Assembly: GCA_051453625.1 (NCBI GenBank) | Contig: JBOZIK010000001.1 | Span: 5,462,695 to 5,526,694, forward strand | Origin: Welwitschia mirabilis | Taxonomy: Eukaryota | Length of the DNA: 64,000 nucleotides | Reading direction: 5' to 3' | In this document: piece after piece, positions 28,215 to 40,750 of the stretch | How positions within the stretch are numbered: the first letter of the stretch is position 1 | Layout: every line of letters starts with the position of its first letter | Notes under the pieces: model-generated | The model's input: the letters and a program-made list of their open reading frames with translations, nothing else | Told to the model about the DNA's origin: nothing | Databases searched by the model: none | Program-made: the position numbers and the translations under genes

Positions 28215-29763
28215 ATGTATACATTTAGTACTAATGTTGATGTTATTCCATATTTTATGAATTCATGTACAAATGTTTATAAAGATTCTTTTTCATTGTT
28301 GAATGCTTTATGTAATTTTTATTCATCATTTAAATTTTTCATTCACCATTAGGAGCCTTCATACATGTAATACTTTGGAAGATGTCCTAAAAAGTTTTTA
28401 TCTTCTTTTTGTGATTTGAAATTAGTTTTTTCTTTTAGTGTAAAATTTCCTTTTAGAATAAATTTTGGTTCAAAGAAATTAAAAATGCTAAAATAATTTG
28501 TACATAATATCCTTTCATACTTTAAACTACCTAAGAACTTCACCTATATAATCATTATCTTAAATATTTTTAGGTAGGAAATCCTAAATACCACTCACAT
28601 CATTAAAAAAATCATTATTGCCTCAAGAATTTTCATCCATCACTTTTTCTTTTTCACTATCTAATAAATTCCATCAACCATCCTTCCCTTCCATCTATCC
28701 ATGAATTTTTAAAATTAGATCATTCTAGTTTATGACCCTTAATGAAATAAATCATTAAGAAGGGCTCACCTTATCATTGCAAATTAGGTAGAATTTAAGT
28801 TTACTTGTAGTTTTTCAAGACAAGATTTGTCTTGATTAGGATAATGAGCCAATAACCTATTTATGTGAATTAAAAATTATTGAATATAAGAAGGATGATT
28901 AAAAAGAAAATGAAATATCTTATCTTCAGAAACATATTATTTAATGATTAGTAAAAATTACGTTTAGTTACGTACATTAGAACTATTAAAGCTCACTAGA
29001 AATGCAACTCTAATGATTTAATTTATGACATGTTTAACTCCATTAGGGCTATAAACACTTTCTAGACATGCCCATTATCTCCTTCATATAGCAATATGTT
29101 TAACCTTATTGGAAGGAAATGTCATAAAACTAGATGGCTAATTATATTAAGATGCTTAAAAGAAGAAATAAAACATGATTGCAGAAAAGGTGAATGGAAT
29201 AAAAAACATTAAATTAGGAGATGCTTTTATGTTTACATTTCTTTAACTTATGTAGTTGGAGATTTTGCTTAACTAATTTTTAATGACTTGCAGGTTTACT
29301 TAAAGGATTTTATTAATATTATTCCTTTTAAATTTAAAATAAAATTGACAAAAAATTTCAATAAATGTCATCATTAATGTAGGTACTCTATCTTTTAAAT
29401 TTTTGAATAATGGAATTTTCCATTATGTTGCATGTTTAGTATTTTTAATGATTGCATTTTAGTTTAAATCTTGCATTATGCTTTTTCCTAAATATTCATC
29501 AAAATTATTTTCTAGTCATGTAATTAACTTATTCTTAAAAGTCTTATATAAATTTCCTATGTTTGTAACTTTGAGGATAAATTTTAATTTTTATTAGACT
29601 ATATGGCAACTTCTTTTATAGAAATATTTTGGATTTTGATAATCATTAAGACATAATAAAGAATTTTCAAAAATGTCATATCATTTCCTTATTTTCCATT
29701 TTAATTTATTAATTTTTCCATATCACTATTTCTTCATCAATGTAAAATACTAGTTAGAAGGTG

Positions 29764-31582
29764 TGTTTACATGACAAAATTAACATTCTAAGCAAGTAAA
29801 ATACATGAATTTAGCATAAGGAAAAACATTAAAACACATAGTTTTATGACATATTAATGTTTTTTTTTCTTTTTGTTACTTCTATATAAAATTATGTACT
29901 TCCTTTAACATAAGTAGATATAACATGCTCTTCAAGAAAAATGTGCACAAATAAACCCTCTTTTAACATCAAACATTAGCACCATGAGCTAAGACTACTA
30001 GCGGTGCCATCCTTTTGAGGTAGATCATTGTAAAAATCATGATCCTAGGTTGTGTTAGAGTATTAAATACATTACACTTAAGTTACAAGTTAAAATTAAT
30101 TCAAAATGAATATTCAAAACTAATAACACATGGTGGAAATGCAAGATGATATGTCGTAGTGATTTGTGGTGTAACAAGAATGATCATAATGAAGAAACAT
30201 AACATGATATCCATTGGCAGCATTACTAGTAGTTAGAGAATAGGTCATAATTATGTTTGCATAAGAAAATAAAACAATCTTTTCTTGTGGCTATATGCTA
30301 AATGTTTATAACTTTTCCCTTAAGTAACTATCAAATGTAATCCCTCTTATGTAACTGCCTACTAACCTCACCTAATTTAATCTTGATGAAGCTATTCCAA
30401 GCCTTCCCTCATCTATAAAAGTACTTGATAGCCCATTATGAATATTTTTTTTATTAACTCAAAATGGGAAATACTTTGAGGCTAAGATGTCATGGCGTTA
30501 TAATCATCTTTCTTTGGAGAAGAATGATTTAAGGCTAGTTAAGGAGTTCTTCTTCTTCTTCATCTCCTCCATTTGATGTAATATATGATTTATTTCGGTT
30601 TTAATAAAAGAATTGATTCAAACACTTTCATTATTAAAGTACAATTTGTANNNNNNNNNNNNNNNNNNNNNNNNNNNNNNNNNNNNNNNNNNNNNNNNNN
30701 NNNNNNNNNNNNNNNNNNNNNNNNNNNNNNNNNNNNNNNNNNNNNNNNNNNNNNNNNNNNNNNNNNNNNNNNNNNNNNNNNNNNNNNNNNNNNNNNNNNN
30801 NNNNNNNNNNNNNNNNNNNNNNNNNNNNNNNNNNNNNNNNNNNNNNNNNNNNNNNNNNNNNNNNNNNNNNNNNNNNNNNNNNNNNNNNNNNNNNNNNNNN
30901 NNNNNNNNNNNNNNNNNNNNNNNNNNNNNNNNNNNNNNNNNNNNNNNNNNNNNNNNNNNNNNNNNNNNNNNNNNNNNNNNNNNNNNNNNNNNNNNNNNNN
31001 NNNNNNNNNNNNNNNNNNNNNNNNNNNNNNNNNNNNNNNNNNNNNNNNNNNNNNNNNNNNNNNNNNNNNNNNNNNNNNNNNNNNNNNNNNGTTTTAATAA
31101 AAGAATTGATTCAAACACTTTCATTATTAAAGTACAATTTGTATTAGCAATATTTAGGTAGGACCATTTCTAAAATTATTTTAAATTCTTTCATTATTAG
31201 TGCACATTCATTTGGCATTAGTAACATTTAGGTAAGGCTAATTCTAAGTTGGTTTCATTCTTTCATTGTTATTGCATAATAAGTTGACATTAATAATTTT
31301 TAAATGAAGCTTACTTAATTATTAAGTACAAGATATGGGACTCATTAGAGTAGAAATGGAGAGATGGGTAAATCAATTAGATCCTTGGATCATTTTTCTT
31401 CCCTTATGTTATCAATCAAAGATTACTTTCATTCTCAACATTTTCTTTTCTTTTCTTTGAGCTTTTTGTTGCAAGTTAGAATTTCATGTCTTTTAATTAT
31501 GTTACCTTATATATCCCTATGAAAGAATGATAATTAAGTGAAAAATTAGTTTAAAATCTAGATTGCTACAAATCTATGATCA
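29764..31582 (+). repeat. 3' LTR of element B (contains a spurious N gap)
   Basis: TGTTTAC...TGATCA. Its length matches the 5' LTR once the 440 Ns and the 53-bp overlap are removed. Confidence 0.85.
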
Positions 31583-32502
31583 ATAGCATTAGTAGAAGAA
31601 ATGAAATGTCTGTTAAACATATCATTATTTATGACCTTTTAGTGTTTGAGGTATTGATTTCATTGGACCATTTCCACCCTCCTTTAGTAATTTTTACATT
31701 TTTATTTATGTGGATTATGTTTTTAAATGAGTAGAAGCTAAATCTTGTAAAAATTATGATGCTAATGCTATTGTTATATTTATGAAATATTATGTTATAT
31801 CGCATTTTGATCATCCTAAGATAATCACTAGTGATCAAGTGATCCATTTTTGCAATAAAATCTTTAGAAACCTTATTCTTAAATGTGATATCACTTATAT
31901 AGTAAGTACTTATCATTCTCAAATTAATAATTAAGCTAAAGTAACTAATCATGAGCTTATTAGAATTCTTTGAAAAATAGTTAGTTTTAATAGAAAATAT
32001 TGGTTACTAAAATTATTTGATGTGCTAGGGAATTATGGTATTAGTTTTAAAACTCCCATTAACATGAATCCTTTCAAACTTATTTATGATAAATAATGTC
32101 TACTTCCTATTAAGATATAACATCAAGATTTTGATGCTATTTATAAAATTAATCTTGATTTTAAAAATGTGTCAATAATAGATTAGGTCAATTGAATAAA
32201 ATAGATGAAATAAAATTAAGTACTTATGATAATCAGGTTCTTGCTAAAAATAAATGAAATATTATCATGATCAAATCATTCTTAGAAAAACATTCCATAT
32301 AGGCAATAATTTTTTACTTTTTAATTCTTATTTTTATTTATTTTCTAGAAATATAAAATCTAAATGGGAAGGTTCCTTTGTTTTTATTCTTCTATTCCTT
32401 TTTAGGACTATTAATATTTCAAATCCTAAAAGTGGTAATGTTCAATTTTTAAATGGATCTAAGCTCAAGTTATTTAATGATAAAAATTTAAGTGGGTTTT
32501 AG
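31583..32502 (+). pseudogene. Integrase core and C-terminus of element A
   Basis: ISRRNEM, GIDFIGPFPPSF, FKTPINMNPF.L and KYYHDQ...FLLFNS...KSKWEGSF...NGSKLK. Confidence 0.85.
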
Positions 32503-35420
32503 ATCTATTTTGATTTATCTTTTACATGTAAATTTAATAAAATATAAAAGACCAAAACTTAGAAATGTTAAAGTTTCTTTCTTTTTCTTAAAATTTTTAA
32601 AAATAGTATTAATTTTTTGGATAATGAAATAAGAGTTAGAGGTCTCCTTTGGTCATATTCAGAAGGGCTTTAAGCTTTGCAAAGGACCTACTTCTATTTA
32701 TTTTTTAAAAATTATTAATGCTAAAATATTTCACCTTTCTTTTTAAATTTTATTTTTTACCTATCTTATTATAGCTAAGCTCGGTATTTTTCACCAAAAA
32801 TCTTAAATTTTAATTTAAGTTAGGGGGTATAACTAGTTATTTTCTAAATTTTAAATCTCCATCTTTGTCAATATTTTGTATTTAATGATTAACCAATTTT
32901 TATATGATAGAGTATGTATTTCACATGTGAAATCTATGAGATTCATTGTCTTATGTAACATTTTTTCTTTTCTTTTTGCATTTGAATAAAACTTAATAAA
33001 ATTTTAGCTTTAATTTTTCTTAGGTAAAATGTTAAAGTTTCTAATATGTCTATATTTATTTATTATTTCCTATGATATAAATACATTATTATCCTTTTAT
33101 TATTATTGATAACAGTATTTTATATGTTTTATTATTCATAGGATTAACATTCAGATCCATAATCATCCACTTGAGCTACATACATCTTAATTATTAATCC
33201 ACAAGGTTTATTACATGATGTAGTTCCATATCATTAGGTAAATGATGAATGTCATTATATTTTCTAATAATAGGTCTAATACCACATCTTGTGAATGAAC
33301 CTCTTGATTATTAGTAGGCTTCATTCCTCTTATCATTATCATTCACATAAGACATATAAGAAGACTAGATGGGGGGTGTAATAAAGCTTGAATTTGGGAC
33401 AAAATAACATTTTTATAATTAATATTTTACATTACTTTTTGAACTCTAATACTATATTTAGAGGTATTTTATAATTTTCAAGTGACAAGTATCTTGGATA
33501 TTCATTGATATTAAAATGATGCATTATGATCCATTTTGAGGCTCTTCATGACACTTGCAATTGGAAGATGGAGACTAAGGTAAAAAATGTGGACCATGGA
33601 CAATTACTTCAACATAGAAGCTCTATAGATGATTCATAGTTCATTCTTCATCATCCTATATCATGCTCTTACTGATGTGATATTTCTAACTTGCTTTGAC
33701 ACTACGTTCATGACATTAAATGAGACCAGATCCTTTCAGGACATTACTACCTTGGAAAGTTACATTTTAAAAGCCATAATCTATTTATTTATAATCATTT
33801 TTTAGTTCAATTTGATAAATTTATGTACTATAAGCCTTAAAGGATAAAATTAGATTAACTTTTATTTTTGGATTTTTTTTAAGTTATATGTAAAACTAAC
33901 CATGATATTATAGCAATAATTCTAAGAGTAAAATGGTGTTATAGTGCCATGTGATAGTTCTACCAAATGAGCCATGAATTGGATGTGAATTTATGGTGAT
34001 TTGGCAAATCATTAACCTTCAACCAACCGAGAGTACTTATAAAGACTTCACTCAGTGCATATACTAATAACACATCATTATCATATTGTTATTATGCCAT
34101 TTTTATGCTAATTTTACCATTCTAAAGCATTAGAAGGAAATTGTTTTCATCATTTTTCTTCATTTTCAAATTTATCTTCTCTGTATATCAATTTTAAAAA
34201 TGTTTTAAATTTCTCATTCATATCTTTTATTATTATACAAGTCCATTTTCAGCCTCTTAACTCTTTTAAATTTTGTTTTACATCATCGTTTCTCCCATTT
34301 CCATCCATCTGGAGGGCATTATAAGAATGGTAAATTACACATTATTAGGTGGTATACAAAGTAGAGAAAGTGTATAAGAAATTAAATGGAAGACTAATTG
34401 AAAGAACTATACATTCATCTAAAATTAATAAGTGTTCTTTTTATTTATTTTTTTCATGCTTTTAGTTACTTGATTTATTCATTTATATCATAATGTTCTT
34501 TCATTATAATTAAATGTTTTATAGCTTGTAACATAAATAGTGTTAATTAAATTATAGAACAATTAGTACCTTTTACAACAATATAAGTTTTTGTATGTTC
34601 AATCACTCTTTATTAAAATAAATCATTTGTTTTATTATTCTTCTCTCTTCTTTCCTCCATTATTTTTACTTTCTAATACATTTCTTACAATTCCATATTT
34701 CTTCTAAGATAATTAATATTGAATTTCTATTTTCTCTTCTTAACTAGTAGTATAATGATCTGTAAATATGTTATTTATGTTTTTCTAAGATTAAAATTAT
34801 TTCTTTTTATAATAATTCTTCTCTCTTCTTTCTTCTTACTTAAAATTGAGGTAGAATAGTTAATGTTAGTGCTTGTTTTGGCTATAACATTTTCTCTAAA
34901 ACTCCAATGGTTATGAAAGTTTATCAGTACTCTCTCATAATTTATAAAATTTCTTTTTTAAAGTGTTAAAATTCAAATTCAGCCTTTGAAACTATATTTT
35001 TCGCCATTTTCACTCATAGTTGCAATTTTACTTAGAAAAATGTATGAACTATCAAATATTTTTCTTTTTTTAAATTTTGCATTGTGATTTTCTCAGACAT
35101 TTTTAATTTATTTTTAAAAATTCAGGATTTTAATTTTTATTAAATTTTTAGTACTTGTATAATATGAAATTTAATTTTCTCAAGTATTATAATTTACTTA
35201 ATCTTCTCAGCTAAATAGAGTCAACTATAATTTTTTACAGTTTTTCTAAATGAACTATTTTCTATCAATTATAATTGATTCTACTTAATCCTAAATATTT
35301 AGTTTTAGAAACTTGTTTTATGGTATATTTTGAGTATTTGGAAGGCTATGAGATTTTTTAACCCTATTATTCAAATTTTCTCTCTTCCTTTTCTCTCTCT
35401 TCTTCATTTCTTCTCTTTAT

Positions 35421-35504
35421 ATTAGTCAAAATAGCTTGAAGTTAATTATACTACTTTAATTTATTAGTCAAAATAGCTTGAAGTTAACTATACTACTTTA
35501 ATTT
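35421..35504. repeat. 42-bp tandem duplication
   Basis: ATTAGTCAAAATAGCTTGAAGTTAA(T/C)TATACTACTTTAATTT occurs twice with one mismatch. Confidence 0.9.
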
Positions 35505-35999
35505 AGTGAACACTCCTATACTATTTTTTATCAATTTCCTATTGATTTGAATCCTAATTTTGATGTTCTAATGCTTTTATATTTTATTTTATGCTTAGTA
35601 AAAAGTTATATTTCAAGTTAATCATATCATAATTTAGTAAAAATCTTATTATTATCAAACATTTTGTCTAGTCTTTGAATAATGTAGCTTTGTAAGTGTT
35701 ATATTTTGATTCTAAATTGATATACATTTTACAAAAAATGGAAGATGATGTTTGAATTAGATAATTACATTAATTTGATATAAATTCAAGTAGTCTTAAG
35801 TAAAAATATTTTTATATATAAAATAAATGATAAATTTAACTATTTAAAATTCTTTCCTTATTCATGTGAATTGTAAATGATCTTTAGAATCTTGTGAATG
35901 TTCATAATTTTTTTATTAGAATGAAAAATTAAGCTTTCATTATTGTTTAAAAATGAAGTTCCAATACTATAATTAAAAACAGAGAATATAGGATAAAAT

Positions 36000-38900
36000 T
36001 AGAACTATAAACCAATGCCAGAAGAGTTTGCTGGATAATGCAAGGCATAACTAGCTAAATAGTAGAAAAGTAGCAAGGATTTAATCTTCCTCCTTATGAT
36101 GGCTATGATCCTACTACATTACAACACCTCATGATTATGAAGATCTATCTTTAAAACACATTAATCAATCTAAATCCTTTGATTATATCAACAGGTGCTC
36201 ACTTTACTGGAGATACTTTTCTAAGACTTCTTCTAGATATCTATGGTCATGATCTAAGATTAAATAGGGATATGATATAGAACCATTTCTATCCTATAGA
36301 TTAAACAAAATAAAACTTAAAGCTATGAAGGAGGACCAAATTGAAACAAATCTAATATCCCTAAGTCTCAGCTAGATATTTGCATTTGATCAAATGGTCC
36401 ATGTTAGGTAATTTAGTAACCCTTAAGAAAGGGATCCAAGCTTAAATACTTGTTCTTAATTTTTTTGTGCAAGAATTATGGATATATCCCCATTTGATGA
36501 TACAAAATTTGATTCTTTTTCATGTTTTTAATTATCTTAATAGAGGAAAGTTTGAAATTTAGCTAATTTTTTATTTCATTCATTATGTTTTGAGACTTGA
36601 TGTCAATTTTCCTTAATATTTTTACATTCCTGCCTTACCAAATGAAATAAATGCAAGCTAAAATAATACATTTAATGATGTTATGTTGATTAGACCAATA
36701 TTTGAACCTATGCTTTATCTAGTACAACAAAACTATCCAATTGGCTAAAGAATGTCTAATATGGACTAAATTAAAAGTTGAAGAAAGGATACTAAATCTT
36801 CCTTAGCATTTAAAAAAAAAAATATTATTTCAAGATTCTTCTACCAAACCATAGAGGTAGTAGTCAGGGTCTATTTAGATTTCTACTTTGCTTAGTCTAT
36901 TTTTGGTATTGATACTATTTTTGTAGATGAGCCAAGCAATGAAAGAGTGCTTAGGGGTAATAAATTTGTTTTGACCAAGAGGATACCATTTAACTTTGAG
37001 GTCTTACTCTCTCAGCTAAGCATAAGTAGAGAAGGTAGAGAATGGATCTCTCTTTGCTTTTCATTCTATAGCATCTATTGTAAGGCATATGCAGGTACTT
37101 GCCTGTGATTCAAGTTTCAATACCTTTTTGATAACCCAAGAGTGCTTTTCTTCTCTTGATATTGTCAATCACTTTTATCTTTAAAATAATGCTTACGGCA
37201 CCATTTAATCCATAGGTTATCTTTTTTGAGCATCAAGTTACATAGTTCAGTAATGAATAATGCTTTATTCATTAAGGTGGAATTGATCAGACCTAGACTT
37301 CCTTCTTTTTTTGATTTCTCCAAATAGTACCAAGCTATTGGGGCTTTTTTAGTTTGTTTATGAGATCTAGTCCAAAGAAATTTTTTACAAAGAAAGTCAA
37401 TTTTAGAGATAATATTCTTGAGCAAGATGAAATCTCTACTTTAAAAGGAGCTCAAGCTTTAGAGAACTACTTTTATCAGAACTAGTCTCCCTGCATAAGA
37501 GAGGAATTTATTGGTCTAAGATGTTATACACTCTATAATCCACAAAATGATGGGAAGGCAGTCAAATATGGAAAGATTCTTAGATTTTAGAGGTACTTCT
37601 AGATATCTAATAAGGAGACTACCTTCTAAAACTAGGACATGAAGGAAACATTCTTTTTAACCTTAAGAGATGTCTTTAAAAAAGGTCTAACTTTTGGTCA
37701 AGTTGGATTCAAGGCCTAAGACTTTTGAAAAATGCTTTAAAATTTGTTTCATCCATTGAATAAAGATGTCATCTACTTTATAGAAAAAAAAAGGTCATCT
37801 TCATAACACAAGTGAGAAATATGAAGCCTCTAGGATTTTGGATAGAAGTGGAATAGAGTTTTCTAGGTCATTTATCTTAGTCCTCTAGACAATTATTCTA
37901 TTAGTAGGGAGAAAAGATAGGGAGACAGAGGGTCTCCTTACCTAAGACCTCTTTTCCTTGGAAAATATCCTGATAATTCATCATTTAGAAGAATTAAAAA
38001 ATGAGAAGTAGTGGTACAAGCCAAAATCCACTTTATTACCTTAAACAAAAAGAGCAACCCTTCCAAAAGGTCTTTGAGGAATTACCATGATTCTAAATCA
38101 TAATATTTTCTAAGGTCTACCTTGAGAACACGTCTTGAACTTATATGCTTTATTTCATAATGGTAGACAAGCTCTTAAGCTAGCAAGATATTATGGATAA
38201 TACTTCTTTGAGGAATAAAGGTTCCTTAAGTGTCTCCCACTATAGGGATAAGGACATATTTAATTATTTGGGATATAATGTTGGTGATGGCTTTGTATAA
38301 ATTATTGTAGTAGGCAATTGATCTAAAATTAATAGTTGTATTAGGGCAAATAATTTTTAGAATCAGAACAATAGCTATGAAATTTACACCTTTAGCCATG
38401 TTAAAGTCATGAAAAAATTGCTTAGTGACTTTAAAAACATCTTTCCTTATTAAATTCCAAGATTATTTGAAAAATTTTGTAGACAGCCCATTAGGTCATG
38501 GTGCTTTATCATCATCTATCATCAAAAAAGCTTTTTTAATTTTCTTAGAGGCACTAGCATTCAAGATTGAGAGATTTAGTTTATTTACTTTCCCCTCAGT
38601 GCTTAGGAAATTCTGAAAATGTGAGATGATTTCTTGCTTCACATTGGTTGGTTAACCTAAGAGAATACCATTATCATTTCCAATGGATTTAATTGAGGAT
38701 ATATGCCTTCTTTGTTTGATATAGGTATGAAAATAGGCTAAGTTCAGGTCTCCTTCTTGAACTCATTTGATCTTGGCTCTCTACTTTTTAAGAAGGAATT
38801 CTTAATTTAGGATATTCTTATATTGAACAGTAAGGTTTCATTCTTTTTCTATTATCTTTATATCTTCTTGAGAGATTTCCAGTTGAAGTTGGATGGTTGA

Positions 38901-39940
38901 AAGCTTAGCTTTTGTACTTTTTACTTTTTGAAATAATCCTCTATTAATATGTCGATATTTTTCCTTCAAGGCCTTTTTGATGTTATTAAACTTTTTTTGA
39001 AGATCATCGAAAGAGGTACAAAAACATGAAGAAATTAGTTTACACGAATGATACTAAAAAATTTTTCATCTCTACATTAAAACTTGTAAAAACAAAATGG
39101 TGGATTATTTTTAATGGCTTTAATGCATTTTAAAATTAAAGAAGAATGATCAGATAAGCCTAGAGTAAGGACTTCAGCATAAGAATGGGGAAAAAATTTG
39201 ATTCACTTATCATTAGAAGGAACTCTATCCATCTTTCGTGCCTATCAGACCAAGTGTAGATGGAGTCTATAGTCTTTAGATCATATAAAAATGTGATTTT
39301 AAATAGGTTCTAAAGATCTTCTATTTCTCTATTACCTACTAAACTTCCATTAATTTTTTCTACATGATTTGCTATACAATTAAAATATCCTAATAGGGCA
39401 CAAGGGGGAGCATAGGTTGTGTTACAAATGCTGATAATATCATTATGAAGTAGTTTTATTTCTTTTATAGTGTTAAAACCATAAATTAAGGATAGGTAAA
39501 AAATTCTACTTTTAAGCATAACTTCATAGTGAATAATTTGAAGGAAAGTGAAAAATACTTTAACTTTAACTATGATGGGATTCCATAATATTAAAATTCT
39601 ACCATTAAAGGACTGGGAGAAATTATATGCATACCTTCAGGATGGGTTTGGCATATAGTTTCTTGCTATCTTCTGAACTCGCTTCAGATGAACCTTTGTT
39701 TCTATCACTCCAATAAGATAAATTCTCAGCTTGAAGATCAACAGTTTGACTTTCTACTACTTTTTTGGGCCATTTAGGCCCCTTATGTTTTAGGCTGTAA
39801 CTTGCATTATCCAAGGTTATTATCCCCTATCCCTTTGCCTTTGCCTCTTCTTAACTTCTTTTGCATTGATGGTGTGATTGTGTTCTTAGGATTAATAGAC
39901 TTTTGTAGAATGCTGGACTCATCTATTTCTTGTTCTAAGC
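36000..39940 (-). mobile_element. Degenerate plant L1-type LINE (ORF1 C-terminus plus ORF2 endonuclease-RT), 5' truncated; ends approximate
   Basis: The minus strand gives GLR*GDPLSPYLF (~37910-37950), LCYEDDL (FADD box, ~37795), KFLW...IAW...KEGSLG (ORF 37165-37425) and endonuclease-like IYGFN...LLGYFNCI (ORF 39310-39519). Confidence 0.9.
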
Positions 39941-39954
39941 ATAAGACATTAAAA

Positions 39955-40320
39955 ACTTACTTCTTCTTATTTTATTACATTTCCTATTTTACATTTCTAA
40001 AATTATGCTTTTACACATGTAGTTTTTATAATTATCATAAGTCATGTATGTTTAATTAATTATATGTCACATAAGAGAAATTATTGTTTTATCATAAAAA
40101 GTAATAGTTTAATAAAGCAATGTTAATATTTTCATATGGATTCATGTCAAGTATTCTATTAGTTCGGTATAGTTCTTCCACTCTATTTGCAATTTGACTT
40201 AGAAGATTTCTTTATGGTACAATTTGAACCTTTTATACCTAATTTTTTTACCCTATGTTAGATTATCATGTTAAGTATATGTTTATTTTATGAAGTCTTA
40301 GAGCGTGATCTCCTTATTTT
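39955..40320 (+). repeat. Dispersed copy of the element A 5' UTR segment
   Basis: Collinear similarity with ~7590-7940, e.g. TGCTTTTACACATG, AATTAATTATATGTCAC and ATTATCATGTTAAGTAT. Confidence 0.8.
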
Positions 40321-40610
40321 AAAAATTAAGGTTTTATTTTGTTCAATAAGCCACCTTTACTCTAATGATATCCTATAATTCCTAAATATAAACTCAAATT
40401 ATCAAGCCATGATGTCTCAGGCATGGAGACATAATCTATTTATCATATGAGTATTGGTGAACTTAACAGTTACTTTCATTCATTATAACCCGTCATGAAG
40501 ATATAAAGTAAAGACAAGTGTATTTAATATCTATAACATGAAAGAAACTATAACTATTAAGTTAACTTTAAAGAATTCACTTACTAGTGATAGAACTTGG
40601 TAATGCATTA

Positions 40611-40750
40611 TCATCTAAGGATTAAAAGTACCATGTTAACATGCATTAGAAATTGAAGAATGAACAACTACTTTTGTATTAAGATAAGACATATTTTCAT
40701 TTAAGGATTAAAAGTACTGTGTTAACATGCATTATAAATTGAAGAATGAA
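40611..40750. repeat. Two ~54-bp direct repeats, period 86 bp
   Basis: TCAT(C/T)TAAGGATTAAAAGTAC..TGTTAACATGCATTA.AAATTGAAGAATGAA at 40611 and 40697. Confidence 0.85.

Larger units (their letters stand above)
20133..31582 (+). mobile_element. Non-autonomous (pol-less) Athila-like LTR element B inserted in the integrase of element A
   Basis: Paired LTRs 20133-21451 and 29764-31582, Asp-type PBS TTTTGGCACTGTTACTAGAGA at 21454, and PPT before 29764. The host integrase reads across the insertion, and the TSD is imperfect (TAAGC/ATAGC). Confidence 0.82.
6070..33376 (+). mobile_element. Degenerate Athila-like Ty3/gypsy element A, interrupted by nested insertions
   Basis: The order is LTR, PBS, gag (FPTFHGLYYEDPY..EEF), protease (~9960), RT (EKTHFIVTKGIV), RNaseH (TDASDF, ~19397), integrase (CDKCQR ~20106, resuming ISRRNEM...GIDFIGPFP at 31588), then a PPT AGATGGGGGG at ~33367. 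Confidence 0.8.

Noticed and set aside
30598..31143. 53-bp exact repeat and an apparently longer 3' LTR
   Set aside because: The repeat flanks a 440-N gap. Collapsing it gives the same length as the 5' LTR, so this is an assembly artefact.
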